NCBI GenBank assembly: GCA_029717555.1
Contig: JAMDHS010000086.1
Coordinates: forward strand, 1-64,000
Direction: 5' to 3'
Source of the DNA: Peribolospora baueri
Taxonomy: Eukaryota
Length of the DNA stretch: 64,000 nucleotides
Part shown: positions 13,588 through 25,600 of the stretch, piece after piece
Layout: each line of letters opens with the position of its first letter
How positions within the stretch are numbered: position 1 is the stretch's first letter
Notes under the pieces: model-generated
Told to the model about the DNA's origin: nothing
The model's input: only the letters and a program-made list of their open reading frames with translations
Database searches by the model: none
Translations under genes and position numbers: made by a program

Positions 13588-13949
13588 ACCTGTGCCGCAG
13601 GCGGGCCCGTCTGACCGGCGCGTACGTGACACGGTATGGCTATGGCGCCCCAACCGCCGAGAGGAGGCACCGGCGATTTGGTATGTATTGTCTGATTCCC
13701 GGTGCAAGGTAAATGTACATGTACATCCTCCGTTTCTGTTTTCGAAAGGGCGAAAAAACGCACCTAGGCGCCCATGGACAGCAGCACGATGTGCATGTTT
13801 CGCCAATTTCGGCCCCCCGCCCCGCCCTGCCCCCCGACTTCGATGCCGGCGGGCGGAGCCACCCGGGGACCCGACGCCGGGATGTACCCCCCTTCCCTCT
13901 CCCCCTCCCATTCGGCGCCGACGTGACGTGATCTCCGTCGTCGAGGCGA

Positions 13950-15976
13950 TCAGCCGAACATCTCGCCGAGTGCGGCCATCTCCGGGCCGCCGGCCTCTCG
14001 CATACCAATCTCGAAGTAGCTCTGCAGGTCGAATGGAGGAGGAAGGGAGCGAGGTTTTTAGAGTCCAGATCACGTGGGAATTGGCTGGTAGACTCGCGAT
14101 TAGGGAAGGTAGGGATACGCGACTCACGTAGATGATCGTGACGGCCAAGAGGATACCGGTACCCGAGCCCATAGCACCCATGAGATCGGCGACGACGGAA
14201 AGAGCGCCGATGGTAGCGCCGCCGAAAGCGGCCGCGGTGGGAATGACCCTCTTGAGCTCCTTGTACATGCTGCCCTCACGGTGACCGGCCATGACCATCT
14301 GCTGATCCTTGAGCTGCTTGGCCACGTCTCTTGGGCCCGAGCCCGAGACCTCGATCCAAGTCTTGGAGAAAATGGCGCAAGCGGTGAGCATAAAGGTAAT
14401 GTAGACGGCCGTGTGGACAGGGTCGAGGAGAACGTCCTTAAACGTGTGCGGAGGCGACATGTAGTAGGCGATGCCGGAAGTGGCGTAGAGCTGCTGGGAG
14501 TCCTCGAGGGGCTGTTGGAAGGACAAGAGAGCGAACAGACGCGACGACAGCCGTCAAGGTCAACACCAAAGCACGGCCGGTACGGTAGGACGACGGAAAA
14601 AAAGCCGAGGAGACAATAAAGTAATAAACAGCTAGCTCACCTCCCAAACACCGAGAAGCTTGACCAAAATGTTCTCCGGGAAGCGAGTGAAAAGCATCTG
14701 GCTAACGATGAAGATGTTGGAGGTGAGGGCGCTCTCGAGCATGATGGGCATGTTCGAGGTGTAGAAGAGCTTGATGGGGTAAGTGCCACGCTGGCCACGG
14801 AAGCGGTTGCTTTTGACGGGAATCTCGATGCGGAAGCCTTGGAGGTAGATGACGACGAGGAAGACGAGCAGAGTCGCGAGGAGGTTCATGACGTTGGGCA
14901 GGCCAGTGCGGTAGAAAGCCTCCTTGAGGGCACGCGACTTGTCGTTCCAAGTGAAAAGGAGGTGGAAGAGGGCGATGAAGGCGCCTTCGAACTCGGGACC
15001 GCGACCGGTGTTGACGGTGGTGGGCGAGAAAGCCTTCCAGACGATGGACTCGCAGATGTTGGTGGCGATGAAGAGAGAGATACCCGAGCCGAGACCATAG
15101 CCCTTCTGGAGGAGCTCGTCGAGGAGGATGACGATGAGGCCGGCGACGACGAGCTGAAGGATGAGAAGGAGGCAGACGCCGGCGCCGAGGTCCGAAGGTC
15201 GTCCGTAGAGACCGGTCAAGACATAGACGGTGGCTTGACCGAGCGAGATGATGAGGGCGAAAACTGCGAGAACAGGCGAGACGTATGGTCCGCGGCGTCC
15301 ATCAGCTGGGCCGTCCGTCCATGCACGGCGGGCGGGAGTTGGGTCGTACAAATCACGAGAACAGGCACTCACGCTTCTGAGCTCCGCCAAAGAGAGCGCG
15401 GTCCTCCTTCAAACTGAAGTCGATGTCGATCAGGTTGGCTCCAGCGAGAAGCTGCATGATCATGCCGGAGGTGACGATGGGCGAAATACCGAGCTCCATG
15501 AGGGTGCCTCGATTGGACGCCAGGATGACACGCATCCAGTAGAGCGGGTCGGAAGAGTCGGACGAGACGATGCCATAGAGCGGGATCTGGGAGCACACCA
15601 AGAAGATGAGCAGCGTCACTGCCGTCCAGAGCACCTTCTGGTTGAAGGGAACTGCGAAGGGGCGCAGAGGGATTCACGAGGCGGTGGCGGAGACGGAGGC
15701 GTGAGTCAGAGGCGGGCGTCGTGCGGCGGAAGCAGGGGTCGTGATAAAGGACTGAATGATCGCTCACCTTTGCGCTCGGGGGCCGTGACCTCAGGGAGGA
15801 CCGACATGAACGGCCTCACGAGGTTGAGGAATCGGACTGTGTGCGCGACACGAAGAAGAAGCAGTCACAAGAGCAGCAGGCAAGGAGCGACCATGATCAG
15901 CGGGCCGTCCATCTCCCATCTCCATCCCCATTGCCATCCAAGAGCGAGCCCGCCGGCGGTGCTCACAGCCACTCAT
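13950..15976 (-). CDS. SEC61: Protein translocon Sec61 alpha subunit
   Basis: [13 protein letters not shown].., [52 protein letters not shown] and [14 protein letters not shown]; ends [10 protein letters not shown]. Confidence 0.97.
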
Positions 15977-18041
15977 GACGGACGATATGAAGTGACGGGT
16001 GCGAGTGACCCGTCCACCAGAGCGAGGGGATAAAACGAGGAAAAATGAAAGGAGGGAAGGGAGTTGGGCGAACGACGACGAGTGCGGAGAGCCAGAGTTG
16101 CGGTCAAGAAGAATGCTTAGATGTGCCAGCGAATCTCGGGTCGGGGGAGTGTAGGGTTATGAGGTTAGGGTTACCGCGGCTGAGGGGGAGACCATTGGAC
16201 GGATGGGTGCCTGGTCTGAGTTGCTTGCGGCCTACGTCCAGGTTGATCGCCGGCCGCGTCTCGGTCGGAACGGCTCGTCGATTCTGGACTCGAGACCTGG
16301 CCCGAGCGGGAGGTGGTGCAAGCATGCTAATGAGAAGAGGGCCATGGCGGTTGTTGCGACTGTCTGGAAGCGGCGTCTTACGTGGCGAGGATGGTGAAAG
16401 GTACATGGCGCGCGCGGGGTCTTGAAGGTTGCTCGACTGGCGTACCCGACCGATCCTTCTTCTGTGGTCGACGCGGTCGTCCGCCTCGTCTCGCATGAGG
16501 AGCCCTACCCCCGCTCTGCGACGACGGCGGCCTCGACGAGATATTCAAATCCATTGCAGCAGACGCAACGCTGGTCTTGGAAGCTGCCGCCAGACTCGCC
16601 TCGCCTGCCTGCCTGCCGTGGTTGGTAGAGCAGACGGGGCGGGGCGGCTTGGTGGCGGTTCCCGCTCGGTCTGGACAATTCCGTCCGTGCTTGCCGTCCA
16701 AAGCCGGTCAAGTCAGTACTGGCACAACCCTCCCCGTCCGTCCTCTCCTCGTCGTCGCGCAGCCCGAGCCTGAGCAGGGCTGACCAGAGCCAAGCTGAGG
16801 GACCCCGTTCGCCGTTCGCCTTCCGTCTTCCGTCTTCCGTCTTCCGTCTTCTTCCCGGCAGAACCATCGAAGCGGTCGGCAGCCATCGACCTTCTTTTCA
16901 ATGGTGAGATGGGTACAAGTGTCGAGACACACTGGCGATGAACCAAAGACGTCCGACCTAGACGCGATCCACCGCCATCAGGCAGGCTGCTCTTCCTCTT
17001 TCTGTGTTCTCCGTCGCGTGACGCGCGAGCGATCTGCCATTGGCCGTACGATGTCGTCTATCTCTGTTTCCGGAGCGATGGCGGACGTACCTGGGTGCCT
17101 GGGATGCCATCCTTGCCCACTCGCTCCTCTTTCTTTCTTCCTTTCTTTCTTTCCTCTTTTGTCCAAGGCGCTAGGAGAGTCCGAACGCTCCTTTGAAAGG
17201 GAGGCGGGTCGAAGCGCGGTCTATAAGGATAAGCGAAGGCGACGGTGGCTCCAGAGTCTAATGTGGTGGAGGACGTTGCGATGGGGGGAGCCCTGCGGCC
17301 TCGTTCGACGGAGGGCTCCTCTGTCTCGTCCATATCTATCTATTGAAAGTGTCTTCTTCTTCTCTCCCATCGACTCGTAATACGGAGGACTCGAGGTCGC
17401 CGATGCCTAGCTGCGCTCAGGAGACGACTAGGGAGGTCGTTTTCGAACAAGGGGATCAGAGGCGAGAACACGGAAGGATGCCGGACGAAGTCGGGGGCGG
17501 CGTAGGATGGATGGATGGAAGAGGGCAGCAGCGATGGCGGGAATGCGGAGACGCCGCCTTTTGCGCGACGGCGGAGGGGTGGACAGTTGAGCCAGGTTGA
17601 GCCGAGGGCGGGCGAGCGGTCGGCCCCGCCGATGGCAACTTGCGCTCGGCCGGGGCTTGCTTGGCGGGGGGTAGCAAAAGGGAGGCGACGGAGAACCGAA
17701 GGAAGAAGGAGAAGAAGGAGCGGGCGTCGTTCGTTCGCTCGCTTGCGCTTGCGGGCGTCGGCAGTTTTCAGTCAGTCAGTCGCACGTCCGTCTGTTGCGC
17801 TGCTTGCGTGCCTGGTTACATAAGAGCCTCTCTTGCCCTCGCCCTCGTCCTCGTCATTCCTTCCTCCTTCTTCCCCACCTCCCCACCCATCCTTTTCCGG
17901 CTCGCCTGTCTCGCTTCCCATCCCCTCCTCCTCCCACCACCCCGCCGCCCCCATCCTTCCCTTCGCCCCCGCCGTCGAGCCCACGCTCTGACCTCGCTTC
18001 CTCTCCCATCCCCTTCCCGCCCCTGCACCTCCACGGCCGAC

Positions 18042-20982
18042 ATGAAGGACCCTACGCACGGCCTCTTCCGCCTCCGCACCGCCGAGGAGCGGCGCATCGA
18101 GAGGGCAGGCGCGAGCGTGAACCCGTTCAAGCTCGCCGCCATGCTCACGCCCATTCAGGGCCTCCTCTTCTTCTCCGGCTGGCTCGCCTGGTCCGTCGAC
18201 GCCTACGACTTTTTCTCGTGAGTGTGCCTTTCTCTTCCTTTCTTTCTTTCTTTCCAGCGCCATCCTCTTTGCTTTCGTCTGTCTCGCTGCTGTGGCCGAT
18301 GGGAGTGACATCCGTCGCAGACGGCTCGCCCGGGCGATTGCGTCGGTGTCAGTGTCAGTCAGCGTCAGCGTCGGCGTCAGCCAATCGACTGGCTCGTTGG
18401 CCGACCCGGTCCCTGAACCACCGTCGCCGTCGCTACGTTTGAGTCAGGAATTAAAAAAAAGCGCGAGGCGGTTGGATCGATTGTGTATCTATGTATATGC
18501 CTCCCTCGTCGTGCCCAGACCCTCCCGTCTCACAAGATGCGGGGATCGACTCCACGGCGCGGATGACGGATTCTCATTTTTTATTCCTCCGTCGCCGGCG
18601 ACTTACAGCCGCCGTGCTCGACTTTTGCTACTCTCTCCTCCTCTTTCTTCTTCTTCGTCTTCGGCTTCCTTTCTTCTTCTTCCTTCCTCTCTCCTGCCCG
18701 CTGCATCTGGTCTCGTTCATAACCCCGGCGCTCTCCATACAACGAGCCGCGCGGAGATGGATGCAATCGTTGGGGGCATTGGTGGATGGATGGACGGACG
18801 GACGGACGCAATGGTCGGCCAGTCTAGGTCGGCCAGTCTAAGTCGGCCCTGGCCGTACTCGCCGGTTCTATCCTCGCCCTCCCGTTTCGCTGGCCCGATG
18901 TCGACGACGACGACGACGACGGCGTCCTTCGTCTTCGAACCCTAGCTGATCGCGTCCGACCCTCCCCGGCTTCTCGTCATACAGTGTCTCTCTCTCCATC
19001 AACGCGCTCGCCAAGCTCTTCAACGTCCCCAACAGCTCCATCGTGAGTCCATCTCCCCCCAACAGCCGATGACCCCCATCTTCATGTCGCCTGACCATCC
19101 GTGCGCCAAACCCGCGCACAGACCACGGCGATCACCCTCACTCTCCTCTTCCGCTCCCTTGGCGCCGCCATCTTCGGCCTCGTCTCCGACCGCTACGGAC
19201 GCAAATGGCCCCTCATCGTCAACCTGATCATCGTCGGCATTCTCGAGCTCGGCGCAGGTTTCGTCCAGACCTACTCCCAGTTCCTCGCCGTCCGTGCCCT
19301 CTTCGGTATCGGGGTGAGTCCGACTCAGGCTCAGGCTCCCGCTGGATGGCGGCCGAACTGTCTGTGCCTGTGCACGTCTCTCCCACTTTGCTCATCCCCC
19401 CTTCTCGCCATCCCGGAAACGATCAGATGGGCGGCATTTGGGGCTTGGCCACCGCCAACGCCCTTGAGAACATGCCTGCCGCCCCCCGTGGACTCTTCTC
19501 AGGCCTCCTCCAGCAAGGTTACGCCGTCGGCTACCTTTTCGCCGCATGCGTCAACCTCCGCCTCGTCCCCGCGCAGCCCCAGGGCTGGCGCGCCCTCTTC
19601 TGGACCGGAGCTGGGTTGAGCTTCTTCGCCGCCCTCATCCGCCTCGTCCTTCCCGAGAGCGAGGTCTTCCGTCGGATCCAGGCAGAGCGCAAGGCGTCCG
19701 GCACGGGCAGCAGCAAGGGCAAGGTCTTTATCCGCGAGACCAAGGAGATGCTCAAGCGCCACTGGGTCCGGTGCGTCTATGGTCTCCTCCTCATGACCGG
19801 CTTCAACTTCCTCTCCCACTCGTCCCAGGACTACTGTGAGTGCCGACCAACGTCCGCGGAGACCGGGTTCGCTCGTGAGCTGGTCGTCTGATCTCGCGCA
19901 TGCGATCGTATGTCTCCTTCGGGCGACAGACCCTAACATTATTCAGGACACCAAACTCCTCTCCGCGGCCCTCTCGACAAAGGCCACGATCATCGGTACG
20001 TGTCTCGACTTGGCGCCCTTCTTTTGCTTTTTTCCTCATCGCACCCGTCCAACGTGTCGTCCGATTCACCCTTTTCCGACGCGTTTTTTTTACTGCTTTT
20101 ATGCTCCGTTTCTGCCTCGGATGTTCCCTGCATCATCCTTAGGCAACTGCGGAGCCATCGCGGGAGGCCTCTTCTTTGGCTACCTCTCCCAATACCTCGG
20201 CCGTCGTCTGTCCATCATCCTCGCCGTCATCGGCGTCGGCTGCCTCATCCCCGCTTGGATCCTCCCCAACAACTTCTCCGGCCTCGCCGCCGGGGCGTTC
20301 TGGATCCAATTCTTCGTTCAGGGTGCCTGGGGTGGTGAGTCGTGGACTCGTTCTGTCTTCGCATCGCCATGGAGAGCAAGGCGACCGACCGGCGCGATGG
20401 GAAGCTGATCCGAGTCCGCCTCCCCTCCTTTCTTTCCTTTTGGACTCATCTTCTCGCGCAGTTATTCCCATCTACCTCTCCGAAATCTCCCCACCAGCCT
20501 ACCGTGCCACCTTCCCTGGCGTCGCCTACCAGATGGGCAACATGGTCTCCTCGGCCTCGGCGCAGATTGAGTCGACGGCGGGCGAGCACGTGCGCATTAC
20601 GGACCCGAGGAACCCGCAGGCGACGATCCCGGACTACGCGACGGTGTCGGGCATTTTCCTTGGCGTCGTCTGCGCTTACCTCATCCTCGTCGTTCTCGTC
20701 GGCAGGGAGTACCGCGGAATCGAGTTCGAAAAGGCCAAGCTGGCCATCCAGGAGGGCGCGGCGGAGGCGGAGAAAGATCTCCTTCAGCGCGGACACGTCG
20801 CTGGCCCGGCGGGCGAAGAAGGCGGAGAAGCCGGTCTCGAGGGCGGCAAGGGCGTCGAGGCCGGCGGCATGTCGGCGACCGCCGCGGAGCAGGAGGAAAT
20901 GGAAGCGGACCGCGGCAGGGGAGAGGGATCGGTGGACGAGAAGAAGACGCAAAAGGAGGAGGACTTTGTCGAGAAGGCTTAA
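18042..20982 (+). CDS. JEN1: MFS carboxylate/H+ symporter, Jen1-like (SHS family)
   Basis: FFSGWLAWSVDAYDFF, TLTLLFRSLGAAIFGLVSDRYGRKWP, GLFSGLLQQGYAVGY, FNFLSHSSQD and FPGVAYQMGNMVSS. Confidence 0.85.
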
Positions 20983-21984
20983 TCGGCTCCGGCTCGGATG
21001 ACGGACGCGTCCTTCTTCCTTCGTCGTCCCCTCTCCTACTGTTCTCGTCGTCCCTTTTTTTTCGGCTTCCTCCCTTTCTTCCTCATTTTACCTCTACTTG
21101 ACTCGGTGTCTCTCCCCCATTTATACGGGTCCGTCTGACCTACCTCCGCCTCACACGGCTCGGCCCCGCCCAACCCCACTCTTCCATTTCTTACCCTCCG
21201 CGTCGACCGAGTCGCTTACCGACCCGACCCGACCCCATCCGACCAGACGAGACCCTGACCTGACCTGACGAACCTCGAACGAACGAACGAACGCAAAACG
21301 AGCGTCTAGTGTATGTTTGTCTACTCCACGGCGTCCCCTTTCTTGTTTCATCGCGCCTCCCTCTTGCCCTCACTCATTCTGTCGACGTTGGCAGGCGGGG
21401 GGTTCCAATCGAAAACTAGAAATCTAACAATTCAAAAACGTGACACGACGCGGCGTCGAAAGGTCGGACCCGCGGGGGCTGGTTTTGTTTGCGGGGCGAC
21501 AAGGGGAAAAAAATAATGAATAATGAAAAATGAAAGAAAAGAAGAGAAGAGAAAGAAGGGCAACGAAAACGAAAAAAGCTCTTGACGCGGTGGTTCATGC
21601 CGGGAGAAAAAAAGAAAGAAAGAAAGAAAGAAAGAAAGGAAGGAAGGAAGGGAGGCGTTGGTTGGTAGACCAGGCGAGGCGAGGGCGGTCAGCGAGGGCG
21701 ACCCGATCGATGACGGACTCAGTCGACTGACGGACTGGCTAGAGCGCACGACACCGACGAGCCCCACCCAGAACGGCGAGGAGAAGCCGAGCCGAGACGG
21801 GACGGGACGGCCTTTTCTTGTTGATCGTCAATGTCGAAAAAAAAAATTCAGGGAGGTGGGCGGTCGGCGACTGGTTTGGGAGGAGCGCCCTCGGCCGCGA
21901 TGCGGAGGACGAGCTGGGGAGGGCGCGCAGAGACGATACGGATACGATGATGGATGATCCGAAACGCTGCGGTGGTCGAATATT

Positions 21985-22003
21985 AAAAAAAAAAAAAAAA
22001 AAA
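21985..22003. repeat. Poly(A) run of 19 nt within an SSR-dense convergent intergenic region
   Basis: Seen directly; neighbours include (GACC/GACCT)n, (CGAA)n, (AAAG)n and (GAY)n runs at 21220-22400. Confidence 0.85.
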
Positions 22004-22610
22004 GCGTTGTTGCCCTTGTTCACCGGCCCACAACATGTCATGTCAGGACCGCTGCGCGCACTCCTGGTGGACCCTGAGACACATGGCTCAATAATGAAAG
22101 AGGCGGAGTGCCGCCGTTGCAGGATGTGGGGGTTTATAGAGGTTTGGGGCGGCACGCCCAAAACGCCAGGTAAAGTACGTAAGGAAAGGAAAATGGGATG
22201 ATCGAAAAAGGAACAAGCGCGCACGGAGAAGAGAACGGCGAGGAGGGAAGAGGGTGAACAATGTCTCAAGGGCGAGGAAGGTAGGGCGTAACGGGAGGCG
22301 AACGGGTCAGGGTATGCTGCGAAATGTGATACGCGATACGGATGATGACGATGACGGTGACGATGACGACGACGATGACTGGCGATGATGTAGGCAACTG
22401 CGTACTACTTTTTTTTTTTCCAGGGAATCGGATGGAGGGGCACTACGCGAAAGAGGCACGCTGCTGAGAGGTGCACGAGCAAAGCTTGATGAGGATGCAG
22501 AGATGCTTGGTGGATGGAGCGAGGATGGAGAGCGGAGGGAGTGCGGGCGGCGCCGGCGAGATGTAGATGTGCCGAGGGAAGGGTGGAGAAAAGCGTGGGA
22601 CGGGCTCGGC

Positions 22611-25600
22611 TCACGACCTCGTCCTGCTCTTCGATTTCGACCTCGCCTTGGTAATCTTGCCAAGGCCCGTCGGCGGCTTCGCCGGCTGGGACATGGTCCG
22701 ACCGCGAAAGCCGCCGGCACCTGGGCGTCCGGCGCTCGGAGCTCCAGGCGGCTGGAAGCCGGGAGAAGGCAGCGGGCTCGCCGAATTGGCGGAGCGGGAG
22801 CTGGGACTGGGTAGAGGCATGTGCTGGCCGTTGCCAGGGGTGGCGATGGGACTGGGCCGCTTGAGCGGCGAAGAAGGGTTGGAAGCGGATCGGGTGCCGC
22901 CCCGTCCGGCCTGGCCGTTGTTGTTGGACTTGGCGGGCGCGGATACCATGGGGGTGATCCTACTCGAGTTGGCAAACTTGGTCGCCGCGTTCCTCTCGCG
23001 AAGAGAGATGGAGGCACGGCGGTGGTGTTTCACGAGGTCGTTGTCCTTGACCTGTGAGGCGTCCACAGACGACAAGACGCTCTCAGCGCTGACTCGATGG
23101 ACTGGTGGTGGGTAGGGGACCGCGCGACTCCCTTACCCACCACGCGACTCGCAACGACGCTCGCTCGCTCGCTCGCTCACTCACCTTGATGGAGAACGCC
23201 ATGGACAAGACCTTGTCCGGGGATAAAAGCTCGGGCGGCAAGTGGAGGAGGAAATGTAACATCTCGCTCTGGCCCGGACAAGCCTCGTTGTCGAGGAGAT
23301 GATCGCGGGCGAGCTTGAGCAGAGCGAGACCGACGCGCAAGACAAAGGTGCGCCCTGCGATGCGATGCGATGCGAGGCGGACAGACACGGTTCTCAGCCT
23401 CTCCTGACCGCCCGCCGGACATGGTCATCCAATAACAACTCACCCTCGTAGAACAACACATCCCACACGCGCAAGACAGTGGGCCACGGAAGCGTCCGAG
23501 TGAAGAGGGGCAAAAACCTGGGGACGGACGGCACAAGGCGAATCGCAAATCAGACGGGAGGCTCGGCGGAGCGAGCAAGCAAGCAAACGAACGAACGAAC
23601 GAACGAACGAACAGCCGGGTAAACTCACCAAGACGTAGAGTACATCAAAGCCTCCACATTGTTGTCCGCCATCTTCTTGGCCAGTTTGGCGTCCACGCTC
23701 TCCAGCATCTGGCCCATGACCAGGCCGTCGATCTGGACCTGCTTCATGTTGGGGGTGAAATAACCGCCGAGGTAGTGATCGACGAGCGCTGCGAGCGTCC
23801 AAAAAGCGTCCTCGACGGGCGACTGGAGGAGGAGACAGCCGACGATGAGGCCCAGTCCCTGCGTGTAGCCGACCTTGGGCTCGTGGTGGCTGAAGGCTCT
23901 GAGGATGGTCGACAGGTCCTGGCGCCCGGCGCTGTTGGGTCCGCGAAAGAGCTTGTTGTCAGGATAGCAGCTGAACGGAAGAGGGGCAACGGACGGACGG
24001 CGAGTGAGCATTCGAGATGACCCCCAAAACACACAGAAAGGAATCGCGTCGCTTACCGGTCCACGTCCTTATCGATGGCGGCCGCCACATCCTGCTTCGT
24101 CCTCCTCCTCGTCAGCGCGTCAAACTGACCGCCGACTGGCTTGGCCTCGGAGAGGAACATCCACACGCGACCGCGCACGCTGTGCGGCACGCCGGACCGG
24201 ACGAGCTGCTTGACTTTTCGGCTCTTCTTTGCGCTCTCCCCGTCCGTCGCGAGCACTTTGAGCCACTGCGCCTCTTTGGCGCGCACTTCCGCCGCCTCTT
24301 CCTTCGAAAGCGGTCCGGAGGCGGGAAGACGGCGTCTGGATGAAGGCGTGTCGAGGAAGCCAAACTCGTCGTACTCCTCGCCCTCGCCCTCGCCCGCGCC
24401 CACGCCTTGTGCGGCCGCCGTCTCGCCGGCGCCGTTGGCAGGTACAAGGTCGAAGCCTTCGTAGTCCTTGGACGACGACGGGGGCGGCATGGCGAGCTTC
24501 TGCTGCGGTCCTGCGTTCGCGTTTACGATTGCGCTCGACATGGACGTACGAGGCTGAGGAGCGGAAGGGGCCGCGGCGGCGGGGGCGGCGAAAGACGGCT
24601 CTTGGAGGACGAGCGGCGAGTCGAGCTTGGAGACTTCCTTGGCACCCAATTCCTCGTGGGTTTTGAGCTTTGGTTGAGGCGGCGCGGACCCTCCCTTGTC
24701 ATTGCTCCTCCGGGCGGTGGCATCCGCGCCGTTCCCGTTCCCGTTTCCGCTCCCATCCTCACGTCGCGGGCGGACGAACGAGCCGCGCGTCGAGGTCTCC
24801 GAGTTCCTCCGCTCGCCGATCGCCGGTGCCGGGCTGGTCCCCCTTGTCCCCGTCGCGGCGGCGGCGGCGACGGCGACGGCGTTGTTGTTGTTGTTGTTGT
24901 TGTTGTTGTTGCTGGGCATAGAGTGACGTTGCTCACCCCCGCCTCCGCCTCCTCCGCCGCCGCCCTTCAAAGCGCCGAAAAAGCCAGACTTCTTCGAGTT
25001 GGACGTGGACGTGGACGTGGAAGATTGTGCGGCACGCTCACTCGCTCGCGATACCGACGGCCGCTCCTCCTCGTCCGTCTGCGACGGCGGCGGCATGGTG
25101 ACGTTGCGCAGGCCAGACGGCATCGAGGGCATCTTGTGTACCTGCCGAGGCACGCTCCTGCCTCGGGGCGGACCGGCCTGCCTGGCGGTACTACTGCTGC
25201 CGCTGCCGCTGCCGTTGCTATCGCGGCGCGGCGGGGACGCCCTCGGCGGGAGCGGCCTCACGTCGTCGCCGACGATCGGCGGCCACTCTTCGGTGAACGC
25301 GAGCTTGCTCTCGAGCGGCATCGGCATGTCGAGTGTGGATAGAGACTGCGAGCGAGGACGAGGACGGGCGACAAAGTTGGGACGCGGACCGGCTTGAAGT
25401 GGCGAGGCGGCATGTTTGGCGGCGCCGGCGGCGGGGTTGCGCGCGCGCGCGTACCCGGTGGTCGAGTAGGGCTGTTGTTGATCGTCGTCTCGTCCGCCAA
25501 TGATCCACTCGATCGGCACGGGCTTGCTGCTCGAGAGCAGGTCGACCTGCATGCGCGGACGAATGGTCTGCAAGCCCTGAAGGCCGCCGCCGGCGCCAAT

